A stretch of DNA of 64,000 bases from Candidatus Sericytochromatia bacterium. GTDB taxonomy: Bacteria > Cyanobacteriota > Sericytochromatia > S15B-MN24 > VGJW01. The notes beneath the pieces were generated by a model, which worked only from the letters and a program-made list of their open reading frames with translations, was not told where the DNA came from and made no database searches. Each line of letters opens with the position of its first letter. The first letter of the stretch is position 1. The position numbers were made by a program, and so were the translations under genes. Of this stretch, positions 17,120 to 26,325 are shown piece by piece. The stretch spans positions 32,001 to 96,000 of the forward strand of contig JAYKHS010000007.1 in assembly GCA_035285865.1 (NCBI GenBank), in the 5' to 3' direction.

Positions 17120-20070
17120 GGTTGCCAAGCCCGGACTCCTTCCCGCGTCGCGAGGCGACGTGCCTCGACGACAGCCCCCGCACGCCGGAGGCGCTCCAAG
17201 GGGTCTCCCACCATGGTGCCATCCACAGGCGACAAGCGCATGGCATCCGGATCAATCTCCTGCCACAACCGCAGGCTGCGGGCCTGCTCGAGGAAGGCAC
17301 CCAGGCGCCCGTGCCAGATGGTCGCCACGGTGGCCTCCCGAGCTGCCAACGCGTGGTCGCCGTGATGCCAGGCCCATCGGGCGCGCGCACGACGGGCCAG
17401 GGCCTCCTGACGGCGGTCCCCGGCCGCGAGGGCCAGCCGCAGGGATTCGTCCAGCGTGGTGCCGGCACCGGCCATGTCGCCATCGAAGGCAAGGGCGATG
17501 GCGCGGAGCCGCATGTAGTCGCTCCACGGGGCGCCGACCGCCATCTTCCTCAGGAGCACGGCGGCCCGCTCGAGCGCAGGTTCGGCTTCCTCGACCCGAG
17601 GTTCCGTGAGCGCCGCACGGACCTGCAGCAACGCGAGACAAACCGCCGTCAGCGGGTCGCCGGCCAGCACCGCACGCCGTTCCCAGTCCGCCACGAGCGG
17701 ACGAATGGTGTCCCACTCACCGAGTTCGAGGCGTACCACGCCCATGTTGAGCTCCATCGCCAGCCACCGGCGGGTCGCCGACTCCTGCAGGTAGAGCCGG
17801 CGACATCGATCGAGGGCGCGCGCCGCCGCACGCAGATCCCCGCGCGCGTGCAGGATCGTGCCGAGGTTATGCCACGCATCGCCCTCGCCCAGGCGATCCC
17901 CCAGTGCCTGCCGCAGGACCAGCGCCTTCATCGCGTGGCGACGTGCGGAACCGACGTGGCCCACGAGGCGCTCGTGCACGGCCAGGTCGTGCTGCAGGCG
18001 CGCAAGCAGGGCATCGCGCGCCGGTCCAGCCGGCTGCATCCTTACGCGGTGGAGAACGCTCCGGGTCCGCTGACGCGCCTCTCTCCAACGCCCGAGACGC
18101 ATTGCGAACCAAGCCCGCTCGGCAGCGACCCGGTCGGCCTGCGCACCGGGAGCGAGGCGATCCTGGATGCGCTCCAGCAAGGCAATGCCGAGGCCATACT
18201 CACCCAAGGCATCCATCACCCGCAAGACGGCCAACAACAACTCCATGTCGGGCGGATCGGCTTCGAGCAGGGGCAAGATACGGGGCCACTCGCTGACGAC
18301 CGACGGCGCCTCGCCCGCCGCCAGGCGGACGCGAAGCCAGAGGGCCCAGTCCCGGGCGTCCTGTGGCGGGCCCGAGCGCTCGAAAAAGACCAGCGCCTCC
18401 CGAGGGCCACCGGCATCCAGCGCCTCGCGGGCCGCATCCAGCCAGGCCACGCGAGCCTCCTCGGAATAGCCCGCAGCCGCCCACTGGCGGGCACGCCACG
18501 ACGGCGGCAGCAACGCCATGGCAGAGCACGCTGCCACCCGGGCATGCCGTTGGCGACGCTCGGGTTCGAGCATCTGGCCGTACAGGGCCTCCTGAAGCAG
18601 GGCGTCAGCAAAGCCCCATTCGTCATCACCGCAAGGGCGAATGATGCCATGCGCGGCCAGGCGGGCTGCGGCACCCTGCTCCTCGGGCCGCAGGAGCGCA
18701 TCCCAGAGCGGGCGCGGCCAGCGCGGCCCGAGCACGGCGGCAAGCAGGGCAACCTCCCGCACCGCTCCGGGCAGATGATCCAGACGGGCCTGCATCAGGC
18801 CATGGAGGCCCGGGGGGGACTCTCCACCCCCGGCCTGCAACAGCTCGCGAAGATGCAGCGGATTGCCCGAGGCCCTGCGGACCACGCTGCGGAACGCCTG
18901 AAGCTCATCCGGCGTGACCCGAGCGACCTCCACGCCGGTCCACAGGCGCAGCAGGTGCAAGGCTTCAGCGTCACTCAGGCCCGCCAGTTCCACGCGCTCC
19001 GCTTCGAAGCCGGCGAGGCCCTTCGGGTCCCTGCCGGCGAGTACGACAAGGTCCTGCCCGGCCCTCCGTACAAGGGCAGCTGCCAGGACACGCTGCGTCC
19101 ATGCATCCATCCACTGCACGTCATCGAGCAGCCAGACCACGGGGTCCATCCCGGCAGCACCAGCGACCCGGGCTTCGCCATCCTTGGCACCGGGTGCCGG
19201 ACAGGGGGACCCGGGAGCAAGCAATGGCCAAAGTCGACCGAGATAGGCCCCGGGCTCCTCCGCACGGTGTGCCGCCATGCCCGCACGGATGATTCTCACG
19301 CCCGGCGACCGCCGCGCAAGGGAGTGCAGCCGGGCCAGCAGGGCTGTCTTGCCGATCCCTGCAGGCCCATGAAGCAAGATCGCCCGGGGGTACCCTCGGC
19401 CGTCCAACAGAGCGGTGAAGCGATCCAGGAGCTCGGTGCGGCCGACGAAGGGACCGCGATGTCCCCAGCCGGCGCTCTCCGGCCGGACACCGAGTACCCT
19501 GTGGCAGGCGACAGGCTCGGGAAATCCCTTGAGAACGGCCGGTTCCAGCGGCAGGAAAGCGAAGCGCCGGCGCGCCATGCGCCGGGTCACGTCGCACGCG
19601 AGGATCGAACCGGGCGCGGCATGGGTCTCGAGGCGCTTGGCAAGGTTGACCGTCGCCCCGAGCACCGTCCACGTGCCCTCGCCCCCCGCCCGGACCGGCC
19701 CCGACACGACGTGACCGGTGGCGAGGCCGACCCGCATGGCCACCGCGCGCGCGACATGCGGGTGCGCAGGCAGCGCCGCCAGCGCGGCCTGCATCGCCAC
19801 CGCGGCCTGCACGGCCCGGGCTGCGTCGTCTTCGTGCCCGACGGGGTCCCCGAAACAGGCCAGCAGACCGTCCCCGAGAAAGCGATCCACCCTCCCCCCG
19901 GCAGCCTCGACGGGGGGCACGATCGCACCCAGGACGGCATCGAGCAGTTCCAGCAACGCCTCCGGCTCGAGTTGCCGGGCGAGACCGGAGAAGTCGACAA
20001 GATCCGCGAACATCACGGTCATCCAACGTCGCCGGCCCTGCGACCAGAGCGGCAAGGACTCGGTCATCAC
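17116..20070 (-). CDS. Class III adenylate/guanylate cyclase fused to AAA/STAND ATPase and TPR-like helices
   Basis: VMFADLVDFS, FLGDG, TVNLAKRLE; FVGRTELL, Walker A GPAGIGKT, LLDDVQWMD, SGNPLHL; TPR-like HNLG repeats. Confidence 0.88.
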   Translation of the reverse strand: MMTESLPLWSQGRRRWMTVMFADLVDFSGLARQLEPEALLELLDAVLGAIVPPVEAAGGRVDRFLGDGLLACFGDPVGHEDDAARAVQAAVAMQAALAALPAHPHVARAVAMRVGLATGHVVSGPVRAGGEGTWTVLGATVNLAKRLETHAAPGSILACDVTRRMARRRFAFLPLEPAVLKGFPEPVACHRVLGVRPESAGWGHRGPFVGRTELLDRFTALLDGRGYPRAILLHGPAGIGKTALLARLHSLARRSPGVRIIRAGMAAHRAEEPGAYLGRLWPLLAPGSPCPAPGAKDGEARVAGAAGMDPVVWLLDDVQWMDAWTQRVLAAALVRRAGQDLVVLAGRDPKGLAGFEAERVELAGLSDAEALHLLRLWTGVEVARVTPDELQAFRSVVRRASGNPLHLRELLQAGGGESPPGLHGLMQARLDHLPGAVREVALLAAVLGPRWPRPLWDALLRPEEQGAAARLAAHGIIRPCGDDEWGFADALLQEALYGQMLEPERRQRHARVAACSAMALLPPSWRARQWAAAGYSEEARVAWLDAAREALDAGGPREALVFFERSGPPQDARDWALWLRVRLAAGEAPSVVSEWPRILPLLEADPPDMELLLAVLRVMDALGEYGLGIALLERIQDRLAPGAQADRVAAERAWFAMRLGRWREARQRTRSVLHRVRMQPAGPARDALLARLQHDLAVHERLVGHVGSARRHAMKALVLRQALGDRLGEGDAWHNLGTILHARGDLRAAARALDRCRRLYLQESATRRWLAMELNMGVVRLELGEWDTIRPLVADWERRAVLAGDPLTAVCLALLQVRAALTEPRVEEAEPALERAAVLLRKMAVGAPWSDYMRLRAIALAFDGDMAGAGTTLDESLRLALAAGDRRQEALARRARARWAWHHGDHALAAREATVATIWHGRLGAFLEQARSLRLWQEIDPDAMRLSPVDGTMVGDPLERLRRAGAVVEARRLATREGVRAWQP

Positions 20071-20112
20071 ATGCCCCCCGGCAGCGATCCTGCTACGGGC
20101 GGGCGAGCACGC

Positions 20113-20928
20113 CTAGCGCGGCACGGACGACGACGGTTGGCCGGAGGTGCCACGCGCGACCAGCGCGCGCACCTTGGCCGCATCCGTCCGGCCGTCCGCA
20201 CCCTTGAGCGCGGAGGCCACGATGGCGCCGGAGGCACAGGCCATGAATCCGGGCAGGGATTCGAGGGTCAGTCCGGACCCCACCAGCAGGGGCACGTCGG
20301 GCAGCACGGCTGCCACGCGCCGGAAGTCTTCCGGATTGGCTGGCAGACCGGTACCTGCCCCCGACAGGATCAAGGCATCCGCTCCACCGCGAAGGACGGC
20401 GTCGCGCGCCTGATCCTCGAGGCCGTAAGGAGCCAGCGGCACGGCATGCTTGACCGCCACGTCAGCGAACAGCGCGACATCGGTGCTGAGGGTACGCCGC
20501 AGTTGGGCCAGTTCCCACGCTTCGCCCTGGATGATCCCCTGATCGGCGAGCACGGCGCCGACGAGGACGTTAACGCGGATGAAGTCGGCCCCGACGGCAT
20601 GGGCAACGGACAAGGCCGACGCCCCGTCGTTGCGCAGGACGTTGATGCCCCAGCGGACTTCGGGAAAGCGGACGCGCAGGCGCTCGGCCAGCACGGTCAT
20701 CGCCGCGACGGTGGCCGCGGAAACCCGACCCCGCACGAAGGGCCGATCCCCGTAGTTCTCGAGGACCAGAAGCCGCATGCCCCCAGCCACATAGGCTGCC
20801 ACCTCGGACTCGGCATGTGCGAGAACGTGCTCGAGGCTTTCGGCAGCATCGGGCGCCCCGGGCAGGGGCAAGAGATGCACGACTCCCACCAGCGGCCAGT
20901 TACCGCCCGACAGCCAGTCCGGCCTCAT
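20113..20928 (-). CDS. btpA: BtpA/SgcQ family TIM-barrel protein
   Basis: VGVVHLLPLPGAP, LENYGDRPF, GINVLRND, ADVAVKHA, LVGSG. Confidence 0.9.
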   Translation of the reverse strand: MRPDWLSGGNWPLVGVVHLLPLPGAPDAAESLEHVLAHAESEVAAYVAGGMRLLVLENYGDRPFVRGRVSAATVAAMTVLAERLRVRFPEVRWGINVLRNDGASALSVAHAVGADFIRVNVLVGAVLADQGIIQGEAWELAQLRRTLSTDVALFADVAVKHAVPLAPYGLEDQARDAVLRGGADALILSGAGTGLPANPEDFRRVAAVLPDVPLLVGSGLTLESLPGFMACASGAIVASALKGADGRTDAAKVRALVARGTSGQPSSSVPR

Positions 20929-21743
20929 GCGCCCTCTCCCCTTGGTTCCGGAGCCAGGACCCGCTCGCCGGGAAGCCTGAGTTCGCGTCCATCCTCGTCC
21001 AGTTCCACCCTGACGGCGATGTTGGCCGGATCCACTGCGAGGACGATGCCCTTGCCATGGGGTGTGGTGACGGCCGCACCGACCATCGGCAACTCCTGAC
21101 GCACCTCGAGGACCATCTGATGCTCGTAGGAGAGGCAACATTTCAGGCGGCCGCACATGCCGCTGTTTTTCGAGGGATTGGCGGGCAGGTTCTGGTCCTT
21201 GGCCATCTTGACGGTGATGGGCATGAAGGTCTTGAGAAAGGTGCTGCAACACAGTTCCTTGCCACACGCCCCGACACCGCCCAGCAGCCTCGCCTCGTCC
21301 CGCACGCCGATCTGGCGCAGTTCGATGCGTGTCCTGCGAAACAGCCCCGTCAGATCCCGCAGCAACTCCCGGAAATCGACGCGACCCTCCGCCGTGTAGT
21401 GGAAGGTCAGCCGGACGAAGTCGAAGGTGTAGACGGCATCCACCAGGTCCATGCCCAGCCCGTGGGCCGCGACTCGCTCCGCACAGGCCTTCAGGGCCTT
21501 GGCTTCCTCGCGCCACTTGGTCTCCAGCTGAAGCCGATCCGCCTGCGTCGCGACGCGCAACAGCGGCACCGCCGGTCCGTCCACGCGCACTTCGGCGACG
21601 GAATCGGGCAACAGCAGTACCGGACCGCACTCAAGGCCCCGATCCGTCTCGTAGACCACGAAGGTCCCGGTGACGAGGTCGCCTTCGACGCCGTCGAGAG
21701 GACGGAGATCGCCTGGGCGAAGGCGGACGGCGGGCACGGGCAT
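20925..21743 (-). CDS. ricT: PSP1-domain protein RicT/YaaT
   Basis: GRVDFRELLRDL, RIELRQIGVRDEA, CGKELCC, SGMCGRLKCCL; AGGAG SD 7 nt upstream; downstream of holB as in Firmicutes. Confidence 0.92.
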   Translation of the reverse strand: MPVPAVRLRPGDLRPLDGVEGDLVTGTFVVYETDRGLECGPVLLLPDSVAEVRVDGPAVPLLRVATQADRLQLETKWREEAKALKACAERVAAHGLGMDLVDAVYTFDFVRLTFHYTAEGRVDFRELLRDLTGLFRRTRIELRQIGVRDEARLLGGVGACGKELCCSTFLKTFMPITVKMAKDQNLPANPSKNSGMCGRLKCCLSYEHQMVLEVRQELPMVGAAVTTPHGKGIVLAVDPANIAVRVELDEDGRELRLPGERVLAPEPRGEGA

Positions 21744-21754
21744 CTGCAGACTCC

Positions 21755-22861
21755 TCAGGCCAACCGGGCGAGGCCGTGCGCACCCGCCATCCACGCGTTC
21801 GGAGCCTGGACACCTGCCTCGAGACGCCGACGCACCTCGAGCAGCAGGGACAGCCTCTCCATGACGCCGTCCGCGCCACCGCAGGCCTCGATCACCGGAC
21901 CGCAGTCTGCCGCATCGTCCGAGCGCGGGACCTGGCCCGTCCGGGCCCACCACCAAGCCTCGGCCACCCGATCGATCATCGTGTCGACCAGCCGCAGATG
22001 CACCTCGAGGACGTCCTGCGGGGCCTTGACCTCACACTTGTCCGGCCATGTCCTGATGGCTTCGAGTGCCGCGATGCGTCGGACGGGATCCCGCTCGAGC
22101 AACCAGGGCCGCGCGATGTCCCGCCACTCGTCCCCGGGAGGCCCGGGCTGACCGTCCTTCCGCTTGGAAGGGGGCTGGGCCAGGGCGTGCGCCACGCCCG
22201 GCCTGCCGGCCGAGACCCGCACGGCACGGGAACGAAGGGGGCTTTCGCCGACATTGTCCGCATCCAGCCACGTCCGGATACGCGCATCCGGGACAGGCCC
22301 GAACGTCACGCGACGACAGCGGGAGACGACGGTGGGCAGGATATCCGAAAGGGCAGACCCCAGCAGGATGATCACGGAAGGCCCGGGAGGTTCCTCGAGC
22401 ACGACCAGCATCGAGTTGATCGCGGGGATGCTCATGCCGTCGATGCGCACGACATGGACCTGAAGCCTGCCTCGGAGCGGAGCCAGCTGCGCGCGACCCT
22501 TCAGGGTGTCCTGCGGGCCATCGACCAGCTTGGAGCCCGTCGAGGAAGACGGGGATATCTGTTCGATCGAGACGCCCTTGCGTCCGCCCAGCGGGAGATA
22601 GAAATGCAGATCGGGATGGTTCCCGTTGTCTGTCAACCGGCAGCTCTGGCACCTGTCCGGTTGCCGCGGGGCGCAGGGCGTGGCCGTCCCCAACCGATCA
22701 CACAGCAGGGCCGCGGCCCAGCGCCGAGCCGTCGTGAGCTTGCCGGCACCCCGCGCACCTACGAAGAGCCAAGCATGATGGGGTTGTGACAGCGAACGAT
22801 CCAGTTCGTCGAGAACCGTCTCGTCCACGAGCAGGCCCTCGGCCCACGGGGGGGTCGGCAC
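21755..22861 (-). CDS. holB: DNA polymerase III delta' subunit
   Basis: HAWLFVGARGAGK, zinc finger, HPDLH, LEEPP, LPTVVSRC; synteny with ricT. Confidence 0.85.
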   Translation of the reverse strand: MPTPPWAEGLLVDETVLDELDRSLSQPHHAWLFVGARGAGKLTTARRWAAALLCDRLGTATPCAPRQPDRCQSCRLTDNGNHPDLHFYLPLGGRKGVSIEQISPSSSTGSKLVDGPQDTLKGRAQLAPLRGRLQVHVVRIDGMSIPAINSMLVVLEEPPGPSVIILLGSALSDILPTVVSRCRRVTFGPVPDARIRTWLDADNVGESPLRSRAVRVSAGRPGVAHALAQPPSKRKDGQPGPPGDEWRDIARPWLLERDPVRRIAALEAIRTWPDKCEVKAPQDVLEVHLRLVDTMIDRVAEAWWWARTGQVPRSDDAADCGPVIEACGGADGVMERLSLLLEVRRRLEAGVQAPNAWMAGAHGLARLA

Positions 22862-22871
22862 GGCGGCCGTC

Positions 22872-23819
22872 CTAGCCCTCGACGTGGTGGAAGTTCATCC
22901 CCTGGCCGGGCGCGGCGAAACAGATGACCTTGCTGCCGCCTTCCTTGCGGGCAAGATCCAGACGACGGGTCGCCATCTGCACGAGGGCGCGGGGCGAGGT
23001 CGTCTCCACCGTGGACGACACCCCGACGGCAGGTGCCATGTAGGGCGCCAGCTGGAGCATCCGGCGGGTGAACCGCTTCAGGACCTCGACGGCCGCCTCG
23101 GCAGAGGTCGAGGGGAAGTAGAAGAGCAGGTCGAAGCCGTCCCAGCGAACGGCCCAGTCCGTCTGGCGGACCACCTGACGGACCACCTGGCCGACGTCCC
23201 CGAAGCGGGCATTGGCCTCGTCGGGGGTCATGGTCCTCGCCACCGCCGCAAACTCGGGCAGCCCCACGACGGCAACCGAGCCCGTCTCGCGACTGCGGAC
23301 CAGGCGCTCGCACTCCTCGCGGAAACGCTCGTTGAAGTAGACGCGGTTCCACAGGCCCGTCAGCCTGTCCGTGCTGGTGCGCTTGTTGACTTCTTCCTCG
23401 AGTCGGGTGGCGTGGACCGACAGCCCGAGGGCCGGAGAGACGAGCCGGGCAAGGGCACCCGCGAAGGCGAGATCTTCGTCGGCGACGAGCAGGGCACCGT
23501 AGACCTGGCGATTGGCGAGCACCGGCACGCGCACGGCACCGGCGACGTCACCGAGGGGCACCGGCTCGGGATCGGCCGAAGTCAGGTCGGCCATGCGATC
23601 CGACGCGCCCTTGAAGAGCTTCTCGGCAGCCTGGCCGGACGGCATGAAGCCGTCGGGACCGTTCAGGCGCAGGGCCACGGAGGCCGTCGGCCGGAACTCG
23701 GAAAGGGCCTCGGCGAGGCGGCCCAAGACGAAATCGAGGCTGCTGCTGGCCGGGACGGCCCTCGCGATCTGGACCAGAGCTTCGTACTGATTGGGCGCGA
23801 GCGTGGCGGACGCTTCCAT
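22872..23819 (-). CDS. GAF-like plus degenerate GGDEF-domain protein
   Basis: TDRLTGLWNRVYF; active site degenerate (RWDGFDL); RxxD I-site (RQTD) retained; GAGGAA SD. Confidence 0.8.
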   Translation of the reverse strand: MEASATLAPNQYEALVQIARAVPASSSLDFVLGRLAEALSEFRPTASVALRLNGPDGFMPSGQAAEKLFKGASDRMADLTSADPEPVPLGDVAGAVRVPVLANRQVYGALLVADEDLAFAGALARLVSPALGLSVHATRLEEEVNKRTSTDRLTGLWNRVYFNERFREECERLVRSRETGSVAVVGLPEFAAVARTMTPDEANARFGDVGQVVRQVVRQTDWAVRWDGFDLLFYFPSTSAEAAVEVLKRFTRRMLQLAPYMAPAVGVSSTVETTSPRALVQMATRRLDLARKEGGSKVICFAAPGQGMNFHHVEG

Positions 23820-23918
23820 CGGGTTTCCTCGAGCAGGGTGCGGCAAGTGCATCATACCAAGCCCGAGCGCTGCATCACCCCATCGACGCGCAAGGACGGG
23901 CAGCCTAGACTTGGAGCC

Positions 23919-24788
23919 ATGTCAGCGCAGCCCTCGCCAGCCGCACCCCGGCCCGTGCTGGGCGTGTACGACTCCGGCGCGGGCGGCCTGTCGGTCCTGC
24001 GCCACTTGCGCGTGCGGCGTCCCGACGTCCCCGTCCTCTACATGGCCGACACGGCCCGCGTGCCCTACGGGGGGCGGCCGGCAGACGAGATCCTGGCCTT
24101 CAACCGCGAGATCACGGACGGCCTCGTGGCGCGCGGGGCGCGTCACCTCGTGGTGGCGTGCAACACTTCCTGCGCGCTCGCGCTTCCGACGGTGCGGCAC
24201 GAGGCCAAGGTGCCGATGACGGGCCTGTTGCCTGTCGCCGCTCGCGCCGCACTCAGGCACGGCAGGCGAATCGGCGTGCTGGCGACGGAAGCCACCATCC
24301 GCAGCGGGGCCTACGTCTCGGCCGTCAAGGCGCTCGATGCGGGTGCCACCGTAGCCCCGCTCGCCTGCCGGGACTGGGTGCCTCTGGTCGAAGCCGGCAT
24401 CACGGAGGGTCCGCGCGCTGAGCGGGCCGTCGCCCAGGCCCTGCAGGCCTGGGCGGACGAGCCGCCTCCGGATGCCGTGATCCTGGGCTGCACGCACTTC
24501 CCGTTCCTGGCCGACGTCATCGCACGGCACCTTCCCGGCACGCCTCTGGTCGACCCGGGCCCACTGGTGGCCGATGAGGTCCTGCAGGACCTGCCGGAAA
24601 AACCGGGGGAGGCGGCGCCCCTCACCCTGCTGGTCAGTGGCTCGCCCGAGGCATTCCTCGCTACTGCCGAAATCCTGGTCCCGGGCCTGGATCCTGCGGA
24701 GGTCCTCGCCTGGCAGGTCCCGCTGGACGCGCAACCCGGTGGCCCTGACGCCCGACCGGGTGCCGCCGGTATCGCCCGGTTACGCTGA
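23919..24788 (+). CDS. murI: Glutamate racemase
   Basis: YDSGAGGLSV, VPYG, VACNTS and ILGCTHFP catalytic Cys motifs. Confidence 0.95.
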   Translation: MSAQPSPAAPRPVLGVYDSGAGGLSVLRHLRVRRPDVPVLYMADTARVPYGGRPADEILAFNREITDGLVARGARHLVVACNTSCALALPTVRHEAKVPMTGLLPVAARAALRHGRRIGVLATEATIRSGAYVSAVKALDAGATVAPLACRDWVPLVEAGITEGPRAERAVAQALQAWADEPPPDAVILGCTHFPFLADVIARHLPGTPLVDPGPLVADEVLQDLPEKPGEAAPLTLLVSGSPEAFLATAEILVPGLDPAEVLAWQVPLDAQPGGPDARPGAAGIARLR

Positions 24789-24843
24789 CGCGTCGGCACG
24801 CGGGCAGCAGGCAGGGAAACCGGGAGTCTTCTGCCCGGATGGC

Positions 24844-25419
24844 TCAGGGCTGGCCGGACAAGCGCGTCACGGAGGCGTCGCGCTGCAGGCGTCCCCCGAT
24901 CCCCGCGACCGTGTCCACCCACCAGCCCCACTCGGCCGCGTGGTCGTGGCCATCCGCCCATCGGCGTGCCCACGGGTCCCCTTGCTCGGCCACCCCGACG
25001 AGATAGGCGCAACGACGGGCTGCCGCATCCAGAAACATCCGGCCGGCCAAACGCTCGGCGGGCGGCAGGTCCGACCAACCGGCGGCCGGCAAGGCGGCCG
25101 GCAGCATCGACAATTGACGCGCGACCCGGGCAAGGTACTCGTCCTCGAGCGGCCCCGCCCCCGCGAGCGCACGTCGGATGCGTACCCCGCCGGTGCCTGC
25201 AGCCGCCGGATTGAATCCGCCGCCTTGTCCCTCACCCAGAAAGAGCATGCCGGCGCCCCCGATGGTCAGTGGCCGGTTGGTACCTGCGGCCGGCGCGAAA
25301 GCAGGTGCAGGCGCGGCGTCGGACGGTGACGACGCAGGCTCCGGAGCTCCATGGGGCGTCCCGGCACACCCCCCGGTCAGGACCATCAGGGAAAGCCACG
25401 AGCGGCGCATCAGGGACAT
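24844..25419 (-). CDS. Hypothetical lipoprotein
   Basis: MSLMRRSWLSLMVLTGGC lipobox-like signal followed by a Pro/Ala linker. Confidence 0.6.
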   Translation of the reverse strand: MSLMRRSWLSLMVLTGGCAGTPHGAPEPASSPSDAAPAPAFAPAAGTNRPLTIGGAGMLFLGEGQGGGFNPAAAGTGGVRIRRALAGAGPLEDEYLARVARQLSMLPAALPAAGWSDLPPAERLAGRMFLDAAARRCAYLVGVAEQGDPWARRWADGHDHAAEWGWWVDTVAGIGGRLQRDASVTRLSGQP

Positions 25420-25490
25420 GGTCCCAGACTGTCGGCGACGGACCGGCGCCAACCAGTCCCTCGTGGAGGGGACGTTTCGTGCCGAACGGC

Positions 25491-26300
25491 CTACCGCCGC
25501 TTCCGCACGGGGTCCCCGTACAGGAAGCGCATGGCGGCAGGCAAACGGCGGCGCCAGGACCGCTCGTCGTGGCTGCCGGTGCGAACTGGATGCCACGTCA
25601 GATCCCGGCCTTCGACAAACCCCTTGCGCCGCAACAGCTGGGCCATCCATTCGGCGTGTTGCAACGGATAGCCGCCGGCCTCGCGTCCACCGCAATCCAG
25701 CCAGATGCGCGGCTGCCCCCAGGCGGGTGCCTTGGCCACGAAGGGGAAGGCTTCACCGTCCGCGACCCAGAGCGAGGGCGACATGCACAGGAGGCGCGCG
25801 AACCGGTCGTTGTGGCGAAAAAAGGTCACGAGCGCCGCGAGTCCCCCCATCGAGGATCCTCCGATGAGCCAGTCCTCCCGGTCCTGGGAGACCTGCAGGT
25901 TTTGCCTCGCCCACGTCGCGAGATCCGCGGCGATCCAGTCCGCAAGCACCAGCCCGTGCGCCGGCTCTTCCGGCTCGACCGGCCACGGCGCCAGTTCCTG
26001 CACGCGCGAGGCCCCGCCGTGATGCAGCGCGAGCACCACCGGCACCACCAGGCCGCGTTGCGCGCGGCGATCGAGGACGCGGTGCAGGTGCCATCCCCCC
26101 GCAAAGGTGCCGTGGTCCTCGAAGAGATTCTGACCGTCGAAGAGGATGGCGAGCGGCCACTGCCGGTCGACTCGCCCGTATCCGGGTGGCGTGTAGAGCG
26201 TCGCGGGCAGTTCGGCCGGCAGACCCGGAATGCGGAACCGCGGCCCGGGCCGAAGGGTGCCGGGCGGGGCCGGCGATCGCAGCTTGCGGGGGGGCGTCAT
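25491..26300 (-). CDS. Alpha/beta-hydrolase esterase (enterochelin esterase-like family)
   Basis: LYTPPGY, FDGQNLF, GGSSMGG nucleophile elbow, SPSLW, HDERSW. Confidence 0.88.
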   Translation of the reverse strand: MTPPRKLRSPAPPGTLRPGPRFRIPGLPAELPATLYTPPGYGRVDRQWPLAILFDGQNLFEDHGTFAGGWHLHRVLDRRAQRGLVVPVVLALHHGGASRVQELAPWPVEPEEPAHGLVLADWIAADLATWARQNLQVSQDREDWLIGGSSMGGLAALVTFFRHNDRFARLLCMSPSLWVADGEAFPFVAKAPAWGQPRIWLDCGGREAGGYPLQHAEWMAQLLRRKGFVEGRDLTWHPVRTGSHDERSWRRRLPAAMRFLYGDPVRKRR

Positions 26301-26325
26301 GGGGGTTTCACGCTACCATGGGCAG

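Noticed and set aside
20113..20928. BtpA as evidence for photosynthesis
   Set aside because: The BtpA/SgcQ family is widespread in non-phototrophs, and no photosystem genes are present.
17062..21099. Very long antisense or alternative-frame ORFs (also 3889-6510, 27699-29828, 30788-33565, 54570-56825)
   Set aside because: They are shadow ORFs opposite well-supported genes, expected in high-GC DNA, and contain no motifs.
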